Both the position numbers and the translations under genes were made by a program. This document shows, in pieces, positions 41,439-51,551 of a DNA stretch of 64,000 nucleotides. Each line of letters opens with the position of its first letter. Position 1 is the stretch's first letter. The notes beneath the pieces are model-generated. The model had not been told where the DNA came from. It made no database searches and worked only from the letters and a program-made list of their open reading frames with translations. This DNA is from an uncultured Nitrospiraceae bacterium (GTDB lineage Bacteria; Nitrospirota; Thermodesulfovibrionia; Thermodesulfovibrionales; SM23-35): NCBI GenBank assembly GCA_963727775.1, contig CAVSHB010000004.1, positions 288,001 through 352,000 on the forward strand. Direction: 5' to 3'.

Positions 41439-42155
41439 ATGAGATGTATAGCTGTTTTATTTTTGAGCATCCTGTTTATCTCTACCACTGCATTTGCGGA
41501 CATCTATAAATACGTTGATGAAAACGGTGTGGTTTGCTATACCGATGCCCCATTGAATAAAAAGGCCCATAAGATACACAAAGAAAATTCTAATTCTCCG
41601 GCCATACAACAGAAACATTCCAGAGCGGAAACCAAAAAAAATACGGATTATCATGATATCGTATTTGAAAAGGCTGCGACCTATGATGTAGACCCCTCAC
41701 TTATTAAGGCCGTAATAAAGACTGAATCCAACTGGAACGACAGGGCCGTATCAAGGAAAGGCGCTATGGGGCTGATGCAACTCATGCCTTCTACAGCGAA
41801 TGATATGAACGTCAGAAACCCGTTCGATCCGGAAGAAAACATTGAAGGTGGAACAAAGTACCTGAAATACCTTCTCGGCAAGTTCAACGGCGATCTTACT
41901 TTGGCGCTTGCTGCATATAATGCAGGTCCGAAAACCGTTGAAAAGTTCGGTTATGTCCCGCCGATCACAGAGACGATCCAATATGTTAAAAAAGTCCTTT
42001 CTCATTATGATGGAAGGTCGATATACGTTCCTTCGGTAAGTGACCCATCAACGAATGCGAACAAAAGAGAGCCGATTTATAAAATAGTTTTGGATGACGG
42101 CTCTGTGATGTTCACTAATTCTTCCCTTTTCTCGAAAAATACCGCCAGGTTCTAA
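41439..42155 (+). CDS. Lytic transglycosylase (SLT)
   Basis: TES, S.KGAMGLMQLMP.TA, AAYNAG, ET..YV. Confidence 0.93.
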   Translation: MRCIAVLFLSILFISTTAFADIYKYVDENGVVCYTDAPLNKKAHKIHKENSNSPAIQQKHSRAETKKNTDYHDIVFEKAATYDVDPSLIKAVIKTESNWNDRAVSRKGAMGLMQLMPSTANDMNVRNPFDPEENIEGGTKYLKYLLGKFNGDLTLALAAYNAGPKTVEKFGYVPPITETIQYVKKVLSHYDGRSIYVPSVSDPSTNANKREPIYKIVLDDGSVMFTNSSLFSKNTARF

Positions 42156-43142
42156 ATGCAGTCTGATAAGACCCTCCTCCGGGCAAAGATTCTTGAGCTG
42201 AAAGAGAAAAGGCATGCCATAATCATTGCTCATAATTACCAGCGGGACGAGGTCCAGGAAATCGCCGATTTTACGGGCGATTCACTCGAACTTTCCAGGA
42301 CTGCTTCCACAATAGATTGTGAAGTCATCGTTTTTGCCGGAGTCAATTTCATGGCGGAAAGCGCTTCAATTTTGTGCCCGGACAAGACCGTCCTCCTTAC
42401 AGAAATCGATGCAGGGTGTCCTATGGCGGACATGATACACGTCGATGCCCCGAGATGGGAAAGAAAAAGCTTTCCAGGTTTTAAGAACCCTCCGCCATAT
42501 ATATACCCGAAAGAATTCACTTTAAAAGATATAAAGGAGCAGTATCCCGGCGTCCCTGTCGTCGCCTATGTGAATACCACCGCTGATGTTAAGGCTGAAA
42601 GCGATATATGTTGCACATCTGCAAACATAGTGAAAGTCCTCGAGTCATTGCCAGAGGATACTGTTATTTCAATACCGGACAAAAACCTGTCTCTGTGGGC
42701 GCAAAAGAACACGAAGAAAAAGGTCATTGCCTGGGACGGATTTTGCCATGTGCATGAAAGAGTACAACCTGAAGATGTGGAAAAGGCGAGGAAAGAACAT
42801 CCCGGCGCATTGGTCATGGCCCATCCGGAATGCAGGCTTGAGGTGCTCGAGATGGCGGATCATGTAACGAGCACTTCCGGTATGCTCAGATTCGCAAAGG
42901 CATCCCCTGAGACAAAGTTTATTGTAGGGACAGAGACAGGGCTACTGTACCGGTTAAGAAAAGAAAACCCTGATAAACTTTTCTATCCGCTGAGGAAAGA
43001 CATGATATGTCCGAACATGAAAAAGACTACACTCGAAAGCGTACTCAGGTCCCTGGAGGAAAAAACTTATGTTATTAAAGTGCCCGAGGAAATAAGAATT
43101 CCTGCAAAGAAGGCATTGGACAGAATGCTCGAGATAAAGTAA
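42156..43142 (+). CDS. nadA: Quinolinate synthase
   Basis: AHNYQ, GDSLEL, GCPMA, YVNT, C.VH, HPEC, CPNMK. Confidence 0.95.
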   Translation: MQSDKTLLRAKILELKEKRHAIIIAHNYQRDEVQEIADFTGDSLELSRTASTIDCEVIVFAGVNFMAESASILCPDKTVLLTEIDAGCPMADMIHVDAPRWERKSFPGFKNPPPYIYPKEFTLKDIKEQYPGVPVVAYVNTTADVKAESDICCTSANIVKVLESLPEDTVISIPDKNLSLWAQKNTKKKVIAWDGFCHVHERVQPEDVEKARKEHPGALVMAHPECRLEVLEMADHVTSTSGMLRFAKASPETKFIVGTETGLLYRLRKENPDKLFYPLRKDMICPNMKKTTLESVLRSLEEKTYVIKVPEEIRIPAKKALDRMLEIK

Positions 43143-43156
43143 GGGACCAAGAAATC

Positions 43157-43534
43157 GTGGATTTTTTCTACAGGATCGCGGAAAGAAGGATTGCGGAAGC
43201 CATACAAAACGGCGAGTTCGATGACCTTGAAGGAAAGGGAAAGCCTCTGGTGCTGGACGATGAGACCTGGATACCGGAAGATCTGAGAATTGCTTACAAG
43301 TTCTTAAAGAATGCGGGCTGTATTCCTCCCGAGCTTGAGGAGAGGAATGAAGTGATAAATATGTTCTCATTGATGAATACCATCGATGATGACAAGGAGC
43401 GGCTCAAGAAAATCAGGCAACTGAATTTCATGCTCTTAAAACTAAATCTGAACCGGAAAAAACCTCTTACCTTCGAAGATTTCCCTGAATACGAAAATAA
43501 ACTGGCCGACAGACTGACAGGGGACAGGACATAA
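43157..43534 (+). CDS. DUF1992 family protein
   Basis: IAERRI.EA...GEFDDLEGKGKPL, LKNAG..PPE. Confidence 0.88.
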   Translation: MDFFYRIAERRIAEAIQNGEFDDLEGKGKPLVLDDETWIPEDLRIAYKFLKNAGCIPPELEERNEVINMFSLMNTIDDDKERLKKIRQLNFMLLKLNLNRKKPLTFEDFPEYENKLADRLTGDRT

Positions 43535-43799
43535 TAGTCCGGTCCCACCTCGGAGCTCCGTTCACTATTTACAGAGTCACCCACAGGCTACGACGGATTG
43601 TCAAATTACCGACAACTTGGCTGACATTTTTGTTCAGAAAATAATTTTCTATTAACTATGCCCGCCGTGCATATCCCGGTGAAACATGCCACTCATTCCG
43701 CTGGTAAATGGGAAACAACGCCATTGCATTACAAAGACAACTTCGTTAAGTACACCTTATGATATACTGGATAAAATTGTATTTTCCAATGAGCAATGA

Positions 43800-44390
43800 A
43801 CCTCCCCGCCGCAGAGACGGCGGGGTATCTCGGAAAACTCTCACCAGCGATGGCATCTTTAAATTTTGAACAGTTTTAGCTGACCTGTGCGCCGCTCTAT
43901 TTCAGACTTATCCAAAGTCTGATTCCTTATGTATCGCTTAATCACTTCTTCATTTGTTGCATCCCCGACCGTTCCTATGTCCTTGCCGTCACTCCAGAAT
44001 TCTCCACCCCACAATTCTACTTTCTTCATCTTCGGAAATTCTTCGAATACTCGTTTCGCCGTTATCGACTTAATTACGTTCAGCACCTGACTCGGGCTAT
44101 ATTGCGGTTGAGCACCGCAGAAGATATGTATATGATCCTCATCAAATCCAATTTCATCGATTACAATATTGTACCGTTCAGTAATTCCCCTCATTGTCTC
44201 TCTGATACATTTCTCAACTTCCTCATTCAACAAAACCTTACGGTACTTTACAGCAGTCACCAAATGGTATCGAATCTTATAGACCGCATGAGGCCTCTTT
44301 CCCAGTTCCATTGTAACAGCATTATAATCCCCCAAACCCCCTTTTCAAAAGGGGGTTCACGGTTTCCCCCCCGCAGAGACAGCGGGGTTT
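43800..44390 (-). mobile_element. IS200-type element (tnpA only); exact ends approximate
   Basis: Subterminal hairpins CCCCGCCG-CAGAGA-CGGCGGGG (43804-43825) and CCCCGC-AGAGACA-GCGGGG (44369-44387) flank tnpA. Confidence 0.8.
43859..44314 (-). CDS. tnpA: IS200/IS605 Y1 (HUH) transposase
   Basis: YHLV..VKYR, DHIH, LWGGEFWS, YIRNQ. Confidence 0.92.
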   Translation of the reverse strand, partial: TMELGKRPHAVYKIRYHLVTAVKYRKVLLNEEVEKCIRETMRGITERYNIVIDEIGFDEDHIHIFCGAQPQYSPSQVLNVIKSITAKRVFEEFPKMKKVELWGGEFWSDGKDIGTVGDATNEEVIKRYIRNQTLDKSEIERRTGQLKLFKI

Positions 44391-44408
44391 ATAATTTAAT
44401 TAATACTA

Positions 44409-45548
44409 ATGATTAAAATAATGATAGTCATCCATAGCCTGAAGGGAGGCGGTGCAGAAAGGGTGGTCGTAAACTTGCTGAAGGGCTTAAGTAGAAGAGA
44501 CTTCTCCATGTCACTCTTATTATATGAGGGTACATTTGATTATCTTCTTCCAGAAGACGTTGAGGTTATCACATTAGATATACCGTCAAGCAGAAATATT
44601 TTAAAGACAACAAGAGGCTTTATTTTGAAAATTATCTCGTTTTCCCGTTTAATAAAAAAGAACAAACCTGATATTATTTTTAGTCTTTTGAGTGGTACGA
44701 ATGTCGTCGCAATTTTAGCAAGATCACTATCGGGGGTGCATAGTAAAGTAATAGTAAGCGAGAGAAACCATCCCTCCCTAAGTCTCAAGAACGAACTGTA
44801 TGGTGGAACCACAAAACTTCTTATGAAAAGATTTTATCCAAAGGCAGAAAAGATAATAGCAATATCTCAGGGGATTAAAGAGGATTTAATTAAAAACTTT
44901 AATCTTTCCGCAGAAAAAATAGAGGTTATTTACAACCCCGTGGACATAAAGGAGATTGAAACACTTTCAGCAGAAGAGCTAAGTCATCCGTGGTTTAACG
45001 ATGGTCTGCCAATAATTATTTCAGTTGGACGACTCACATATCAAAAGGGCCATTCCCATTTAATAAAGGTTTTTTCTATAGTAAGGCAGTCTCTTCCATG
45101 TAGGTTGTTCATCGTTGGCACGGGAGAAGAAGAAGAAGAAAATCTCATGAACATGGTAAATGCACTGGGCCTGAAAAATGACGTGGAATTTTTAGGCTTT
45201 CAAAGAAACCCTTTCAAATATATGGCAAGGTCATCGCTTTTTGTTTTGTCATCTCTCTATGAAGGTTTTGGCAACGTCATAGTGGAAGGTATGGCGTTGG
45301 GATTACCAGTTATCGCCACAGACTGTCCCTCAGGCCCTTCTGAAATAATAGAGCATGGAAAGAATGGACTCTTGGTTCCGCTAAAAGACGAAAGAGCGTT
45401 AGCGCAGGCAATTTTATATGTACTAACGAATGATGAGCTGAGGAAAAAATTATCCAATGAAGCCAAGACGAGAGCGCAGTTTTTTGCTTTGAACAAAAGA
45501 GTAGAACAATATAGCGACGTTTTTCTCCGAACTTCTCAGGATCAATGA
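44409..45548 (+). CDS. Glycosyltransferase family 4
   Basis: GGGAERV, VGRL..QKG, EGFGNVIVEGMALG.PVI. Confidence 0.92.
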   Translation: MIKIMIVIHSLKGGGAERVVVNLLKGLSRRDFSMSLLLYEGTFDYLLPEDVEVITLDIPSSRNILKTTRGFILKIISFSRLIKKNKPDIIFSLLSGTNVVAILARSLSGVHSKVIVSERNHPSLSLKNELYGGTTKLLMKRFYPKAEKIIAISQGIKEDLIKNFNLSAEKIEVIYNPVDIKEIETLSAEELSHPWFNDGLPIIISVGRLTYQKGHSHLIKVFSIVRQSLPCRLFIVGTGEEEEENLMNMVNALGLKNDVEFLGFQRNPFKYMARSSLFVLSSLYEGFGNVIVEGMALGLPVIATDCPSGPSEIIEHGKNGLLVPLKDERALAQAILYVLTNDELRKKLSNEAKTRAQFFALNKRVEQYSDVFLRTSQDQ

Positions 45549-45923
45549 AAAGAGATGAATTAACCCCGATGCCGAGTCTACCCGTAGGTGACGGAAACAG
45601 GTAGATGAGGATAGATAGAGAACAAAATGAGAATCAGATAAACGGCTAAGCCAATAGTGGCACCGGGGAGTCTGCTAAACCTTGATCCCCTGTCGCTCAT
45701 GTCAAATCGAGTTTGCCTCGCTTAAGCTGCTGATTAGCGGTTCGGATATCGCCGTGCATGTTTCGGATAGAAGTCGAGACTTCCTCTGCCAGAGTTGCAG
45801 GTTTGCTCCGGAACAGGTGGCAGGATTGGCTCGGAATCTGCCTGCCAAGTCTTTCGGAAGACATCATTGAAAATATCAAATGAAATATGATATAAAATGG
45901 ATATTTTTAAGAAAGGAGGTTTT

Positions 45924-46128
45924 AGTTTAAGGTTCAGTTTTCAGTTTCGCTGGCTGGAAGCCAGGGAAGAGGAGTGAGCCCCTTAGGCGATTCTCCCGCT
46001 GCCCCGCAGCCGTGAAGGGAACGAAAGCCTGAAATAAGCCACTGTCCCGAAACATATCGGGATGGGAAGGCAGGCAAGTAGGTTACAACTTAATGTAAGA
46101 GCCCTAAGCCGGAAGACCTGTCCAGACC
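45924..46128 (+). ncRNA. Cobalamin riboswitch
   Basis: AGGGAA, CTGCCCCGCAGCCGTGA, GCCACTG...GGGAAGG, AGCCGGAAGACCTG (B12 box) upstream of a TonB-dependent receptor. Confidence 0.92.
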
Positions 46129-46171
46129 AAAATAATATATTCCAAAACAATGTTTCCCGAGGGAGGAAGAA

Positions 46172-48061
46172 ATGACGAAGATTCTTTTATTTTCAGCTTG
46201 TCGTATCCATTGTTTAAGGTCCGCCTTTTGTCTCTTATTATTAACCGCCCGTTTTTTTTCAGCGGCTTCTTTGGTATCGGCAGCAAGCTTGCCTGTTATG
46301 CCTTTGGAAGGGATAGTTGTCACCGCCGACAAGATAGATGAATCTGTTGAAGAAACCACGAGCAGCGTCACTGTCATCAAAGGCGAAGATATAAAAAAGA
46401 TGAACGTACAGTTTGTGACGGATGTTCTCAGGACAATACCTGACCTTAATCTTGCCCAGAATGGCGGCGCCGGAAAAGTCGCCACGGTCCTCCTGCGCGG
46501 CGGTGACTCGACTCATACCCTTGTTATGATTGACGGCGTGCGGGTCAACAGCCCTACTACAGGGTCCTATGATTTTTCAGGCCTTACTGTTGACGATATA
46601 GAAAGAATAGAGATAGTTAAAGGTCCTCAGAGCACAATATATGGTTCCGAGGCAATGGCCGGTGTTATAAACATCATAACAAAAAAGGGTGAAGGCGGGC
46701 CGAGAGCTGATTTGTCCTTTGAGGGAGGGTCATTCGGAACCTACAACCCTTCGATTTCGGTCTCCGGAAAATATAAAACCGCAGATTACAGGATCAACGG
46801 TTCCTATTTTGGGACGGACGGCATATCCGCGGCACGGAGCGGAACCGAGAGAGACGGATACCGGAACTCTGCCGTATCAGGTAAATTCGGAGTAAAACCT
46901 TCGCAAAATCTTGAATTTGAAGTAACAGGAAAATACTATTACGACAGAACAGACCTGGACGGTTTTGATTTTGCTAAACTCCAGGCAGTCGACGATAATG
47001 ATTTTGTCCAGCGAGGCACTCACTATTTGGTTTCAGGCAAAGGTAAAGTCTATCTTTTCAATATCTGGGAACAGATAATAACGCTTTCATCAACGGGAGA
47101 CTTCCTGCAGTTTAGAGATCCGAGCATCATATACAACAACTATCAACTGAGTACCCGCATGGAAACCGTCGATTGGCAGAACAACCTGTATCTCTCGGAC
47201 CATTACATAATGACTGCCGGAGCTGAATACAGAACAGAAAAGGCAGAAAACATCGGGAACTTCGACAAGTCTTTGTATAACAAGGCGCTCTATCTCAATA
47301 ACAAGCTAAAGCTCCTGCAGGATGACCTTGTATTCAATGCAGGTCTGCGATATGATGATCATGAGACGTTCGGAGATAAAGTTACATGCAGAGCCGGCGC
47401 GATGTATAACATCAAAGCAATCGACTTAAGGATCAGGGGCAGCTACGGCACCGGCTTCAGGGCGCCTACTTTCAATGAGCTTTTTTTTCCTTTTTTCGGG
47501 AATACCAATTTAAAGCCTGAAGAAAGCACATCATGGGAAATCGGCCTTGAAAAGGGCCTCATTCGTAATAAGGTTTCCTTGTCTCTGACATACTTCGACC
47601 AGGATTACAAAAACCTTATACAGACCGACCCGTTGACATTTACCGCAGCCAACATATCAAAGGCGGAAATAAAAGGCGTTGAGACAGCCGCTGTTTTAAA
47701 GATGACGGACAACCTAAACATAAAGGCGGGATACACCTACCTTAATACAAAGGACGAGTCCACGGGGCAGCAGCTGACCCGGAGACCTAAAGACAAGCTC
47801 GGTATGTCGGCGGATTTTTCAGTAAAGGATTTCTCTTTTGTAGCCAATTATATTTTTGTCGGAAAAAGATTCGATTCTTCAGTGCAAAGGGACCTTTCAT
47901 CCTATTCGCTCGTCAATTTAAGCGGCAGTTACAAGGTAAGCAAATGGATGACCCTCTTCGCGCGAATCGACAACCTTTTTGACGCGCGGTATGAAGAGAT
48001 CGGGAGTTACGGTACTCCGGGTTTTTCAGTGTTCGGAGGAGTTAGAATTTCGACTTTGTAG
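46172..48061 (+). CDS. btuB: TonB-dependent receptor, BtuB-like
   Basis: IVVTA, RGG...HTLVMIDGV, IERIEIVKGPQSTIYG, NLFD; under B12 riboswitch. Confidence 0.85.
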   Translation: MTKILLFSACRIHCLRSAFCLLLLTARFFSAASLVSAASLPVMPLEGIVVTADKIDESVEETTSSVTVIKGEDIKKMNVQFVTDVLRTIPDLNLAQNGGAGKVATVLLRGGDSTHTLVMIDGVRVNSPTTGSYDFSGLTVDDIERIEIVKGPQSTIYGSEAMAGVINIITKKGEGGPRADLSFEGGSFGTYNPSISVSGKYKTADYRINGSYFGTDGISAARSGTERDGYRNSAVSGKFGVKPSQNLEFEVTGKYYYDRTDLDGFDFAKLQAVDDNDFVQRGTHYLVSGKGKVYLFNIWEQIITLSSTGDFLQFRDPSIIYNNYQLSTRMETVDWQNNLYLSDHYIMTAGAEYRTEKAENIGNFDKSLYNKALYLNNKLKLLQDDLVFNAGLRYDDHETFGDKVTCRAGAMYNIKAIDLRIRGSYGTGFRAPTFNELFFPFFGNTNLKPEESTSWEIGLEKGLIRNKVSLSLTYFDQDYKNLIQTDPLTFTAANISKAEIKGVETAAVLKMTDNLNIKAGYTYLNTKDESTGQQLTRRPKDKLGMSADFSVKDFSFVANYIFVGKRFDSSVQRDLSSYSLVNLSGSYKVSKWMTLFARIDNLFDARYEEIGSYGTPGFSVFGGVRISTL

Positions 48062-48213
48062 AAATTCCTTAGTCTGCACTATTCATATAATAGCCGACAG
48101 ATACAGTATTTGCGCTCATTCTCGGCCCGTTACGGATTGGGCCTCCGAGGTAAATTCTTTCTTCGAAAGAATTTAAAGCCGCTTAAATACTGTATCTGTC
48201 GGTCACAAATTAG

Positions 48214-48996
48214 TTGCGAAGGAGAGAAATAATACAAACCCGAAACAATTCTATGGGACTGAATCGCACAATTCTTTTTTCCGCTATTCTCCACTCAATG
48301 GTCATACTTGCGCTTTCCGCAGGCTTTTGCAGAAGCGTTGAAAGACATGCACCGTCCGATCTGATGATCGTCTCTCTGCTTTCAGCGATGACGGAAATGG
48401 TTTCAACTGGACCACCCGTCCGCAGATCCATTCATCCGGAGAAAGAAGCTGCGCATGGAAAAGAGACTGTGTCACTTAAACCTGTTCTTTCAAATAACGC
48501 GGAATCCGCTGCCGATGATATTAAAGACAACAGAGAAAAATATATATCAACGGATACTCAAAGCAAGGCCGAAACAGCCCTTGCTCCCGGTCACCGCGAA
48601 GCCACAACTTCATCTCCAATGACAGGACATATAGTGCCTCATGAAGGACAGGCATCAGGGAACACACAAGTCACTATCGAATCTGCCGGCAAAGTCTCCG
48701 ACGGTCAAACTTCGGACATTTATGCATTGATCAGGGCCGCCATTGAAAAAGCAAAGATTTATCCTCTGTTGGCAAGAAAAAAGAGGATTGAAGGCACTGT
48801 TGTGACAGAATTCACAATCAATAGCAGAGGATATCCTGAGAATATTAAAATCAAAAAAAGTTCGGGACATGAGATCCTTGATTCAGCGACTATTTCAATA
48901 TTGAAAAGATCGGCCCCGTTGCCTTCAATGAACGGTGAAATTTTAATACCGATAAACTTCAGGCTTACAGATTCCGCCTCTTACTCCCGACGATAA
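48214..48996 (+). CDS. TonB family energy transducer
   Basis: TM with S...H; C-terminal YP..A....IEG.V, SSG..ILD; start may be ATG 48253. Confidence 0.85.
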   Translation: MRRREIIQTRNNSMGLNRTILFSAILHSMVILALSAGFCRSVERHAPSDLMIVSLLSAMTEMVSTGPPVRRSIHPEKEAAHGKETVSLKPVLSNNAESAADDIKDNREKYISTDTQSKAETALAPGHREATTSSPMTGHIVPHEGQASGNTQVTIESAGKVSDGQTSDIYALIRAAIEKAKIYPLLARKKRIEGTVVTEFTINSRGYPENIKIKKSSGHEILDSATISILKRSAPLPSMNGEILIPINFRLTDSASYSRR

Positions 48997-49013
48997 CCAG
49001 TGGACTGAGTTAA

Positions 49014-49907
49014 TCAGGAAATCCTTTCTATCATCTTAACCAGAGCTTCTCTCACATCTTCATCAAACAGTATCTCGGCGTGGTTGCACGCATAATTGTG
49101 GTGCTCGTGGCCCCAATCCAGTTTTGAGCTCTCTGCTGATACAAGACCGTCGCCCCTGCCCTGCTTCAGCTCATCAGGGAAAAGATCTCGGGGCATAATC
49201 CTCCCAAAAAAGTCCGGGAAAGAAAAGTTATTGATACTGAAAAGCGTAGGATCAATACCCCCAACTGATGCATAATAAATGCCTTCCAGAGGACCGCCTT
49301 TAAGATGCCTGAAAAAGTTCGATTCGGGCAATAACTCTCTAATCGCCCGGCTCCTGAGAAACTCCAAAACCTTTTTAATCGCGAAGGACATTGTCCCCTT
49401 ATCTCCGCCTGAAAAAAGCGGGCTCAGTAGTGACGCCAATGGAGACACATATTTGGCAAGCCGGGCCACGGAACTGCCCTTATGCGGAGTTGAAATTGTG
49501 ATAAGTGCTTTCACAGCTTCGCTGTTCATCGAGAGATACTTTCTTCCTGCAAGACCGCCCCTGCTGTGACCGACAATTATGATACCCGCCTGTGTAATAT
49601 CTTTTGCAGCGGCGACAATCTCCTGCAACTCTTTGACAACAGAATCAATCGGACCCGCGGGTCTTCTCTGGCTCCATGTGATTACACTGTAGTCCTTTAG
49701 CTTAAGATCCTCAAACAGTGTCTGAAACGTTCCGGCTTTTTGTTCGGATATTTTCCGGGCCAGAAGGGTCCTTAAAGGAAACATGCCGCCGAGGATGCGG
49801 GAATTGTATGGGTTTACCCAAATGTCCTTATCCATGCCGAGGCCGTGGATAAAGACGACAGCCGGTTTATTAAGATCTCCCGGATTCGATACTAAATCTA
49901 ATTTCAT
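49014..49907 (-). CDS. Alpha/beta hydrolase
   Basis: HG, GHSRGG, TPH.GS, DGLV, H. Confidence 0.88.
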   Translation of the reverse strand: MKLDLVSNPGDLNKPAVVFIHGLGMDKDIWVNPYNSRILGGMFPLRTLLARKISEQKAGTFQTLFEDLKLKDYSVITWSQRRPAGPIDSVVKELQEIVAAAKDITQAGIIIVGHSRGGLAGRKYLSMNSEAVKALITISTPHKGSSVARLAKYVSPLASLLSPLFSGGDKGTMSFAIKKVLEFLRSRAIRELLPESNFFRHLKGGPLEGIYYASVGGIDPTLFSINNFSFPDFFGRIMPRDLFPDELKQGRGDGLVSAESSKLDWGHEHHNYACNHAEILFDEDVREALVKMIERIS

Positions 49908-49937
49908 ACATTTTACTGCCCAACGATTTTTCCCGGA

Positions 49938-51446
49938 TTACCAATTTATTCTCACAGGCAACCGCCCTTTAAAAATCAATTGTCCCTCCAAACACTTCAG
50001 GACGGCATTCTGTGCCTGCTCAGTCGGTTCGTAAGCCGCTATGAGAATATCGGCACCCTGAAAATGTCTCAATACATAGGGACTGCCGAAGGATACGACA
50101 ATCGAATGGCCGGCTTTTCTTATCAGTTCCTGAATCCGGGCTTTGTCATTCTCATCGATTCCCGAGCTGCCCTTCCATGCGGCGACTTTCGTAAACAAAG
50201 CGAACAGAGACGTTTTATCTTTCATTTCTATACTGTCGCTGATCAATGAACAATTATTGAAATGGTCCCTTAAAGGAGAAGTTCGAAAAAACTCACTGTC
50301 TCCCGCAAGTATCAACTCGATATTCTTTTTATCTGAAACCGGTAATATACCCGGTGTATTTTTTAGTAGAGTTATGGACATTTCGATAATTTGCAATGAG
50401 AGTACTTGGTGCTTCTGATGGTTTATCCATGGCCTTTCAATGTGCTGAAGTTTTTTCTTTGCCTTCAGGATACGGTCCAGTGCTTCATCTATCCTTTTTT
50501 CACTAATCTTTTTTGATTCAACTGCCGACATGAGTTCTTGCGCCGATGAAACAGGATCAAGCGGGTGCAGCAATACGTCGGCCCCGGCGTTTATGCACTG
50601 TGCAGGTACATTTTCAATATCTTTCAGGGCGTGCATATTCAGGGCATCAGTAAGAACAAGACCATTAAAACCAAGCTCTTCCTTTAAGAGGCGGCTGATG
50701 ATATTTTTTGACAGACTCGCAGGTTTATCATCAATGGAGGGAATACTTAAATGCCCGATCATAATGGAACTTATTCCGATATCAATGGCCTTTATAAACG
50801 GCGCCACTTCAACGTCCATCAGTCCTGCATACGATTTATTAATAACCGGCAGCAGTATATGCGAGTCTGTGGATGTGTCGCCATGTCCCGGAAAGTGTTT
50901 GGCGCAGCTTATGAGTCCTGTTCCTTCCAATGCCTTTATGTATTCTGAGCCGAACCATGCAACTTCGTCCGGCTCATCAGAGAATGCCCTTGTGCAGATA
51001 ATCGGGTTATCGGGGTTACTGTTAATATCAAGCACAGGCATAAGGGGCATGTTTATTCCGGTCTCAATCGCTTCTGCAGCGATGGCCTTTATCGCACTTC
51101 TAAGGATTGAGACCTCCATAGGTTTATTCTTATCGATGGCTGCTGCCATAGCCATCTGGCATGGAAACAGGGTATACCCCAGTATTTGCTGACCGACTCC
51201 GCGTTCAATGTCCGATGCAATAAAGAGCGGTATCTCCGCGTTCGACTGCAGTATGCCGATAAATTTCCTTACCTCATCTTTTCCACCGCCAAAAATAATA
51301 AATCCGCATATGCCCCTTTTTACGAGAGAAAGGATTTTTTCGCGATAAGACGGCAGTTGTATATCCTTACCGTCAATCCTGCCGATAATCAGCTGGTACA
51401 ACTTTCTTTCTAAAGGAAGCCTGCCTGTAATGTCATCGTTTGCCAT
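49938..51446 (-). CDS. GH3 beta-N-acetylglucosaminidase (NagZ-like)
   Basis: KHFPGHGDT..DSH, TDALNM. Confidence 0.9.
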   Translation of the reverse strand: MANDDITGRLPLERKLYQLIIGRIDGKDIQLPSYREKILSLVKRGICGFIIFGGGKDEVRKFIGILQSNAEIPLFIASDIERGVGQQILGYTLFPCQMAMAAAIDKNKPMEVSILRSAIKAIAAEAIETGINMPLMPVLDINSNPDNPIICTRAFSDEPDEVAWFGSEYIKALEGTGLISCAKHFPGHGDTSTDSHILLPVINKSYAGLMDVEVAPFIKAIDIGISSIMIGHLSIPSIDDKPASLSKNIISRLLKEELGFNGLVLTDALNMHALKDIENVPAQCINAGADVLLHPLDPVSSAQELMSAVESKKISEKRIDEALDRILKAKKKLQHIERPWINHQKHQVLSLQIIEMSITLLKNTPGILPVSDKKNIELILAGDSEFFRTSPLRDHFNNCSLISDSIEMKDKTSLFALFTKVAAWKGSSGIDENDKARIQELIRKAGHSIVVSFGSPYVLRHFQGADILIAAYEPTEQAQNAVLKCLEGQLIFKGRLPVRINW

Positions 51447-51551
51447 AGAGAAGTTTATCAAATAGTCGCATATAGACACAACAAAATGATTAGGTATATA
51501 AATCCCGATAAAAATTTGATAAAATACCCGAAATTTGAATTCGGAGAAAAA

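Noticed and set aside
45682..45879. Two overlapping ~60-aa ORFs
   Set aside because: Better explained as IS-end remnant sequence
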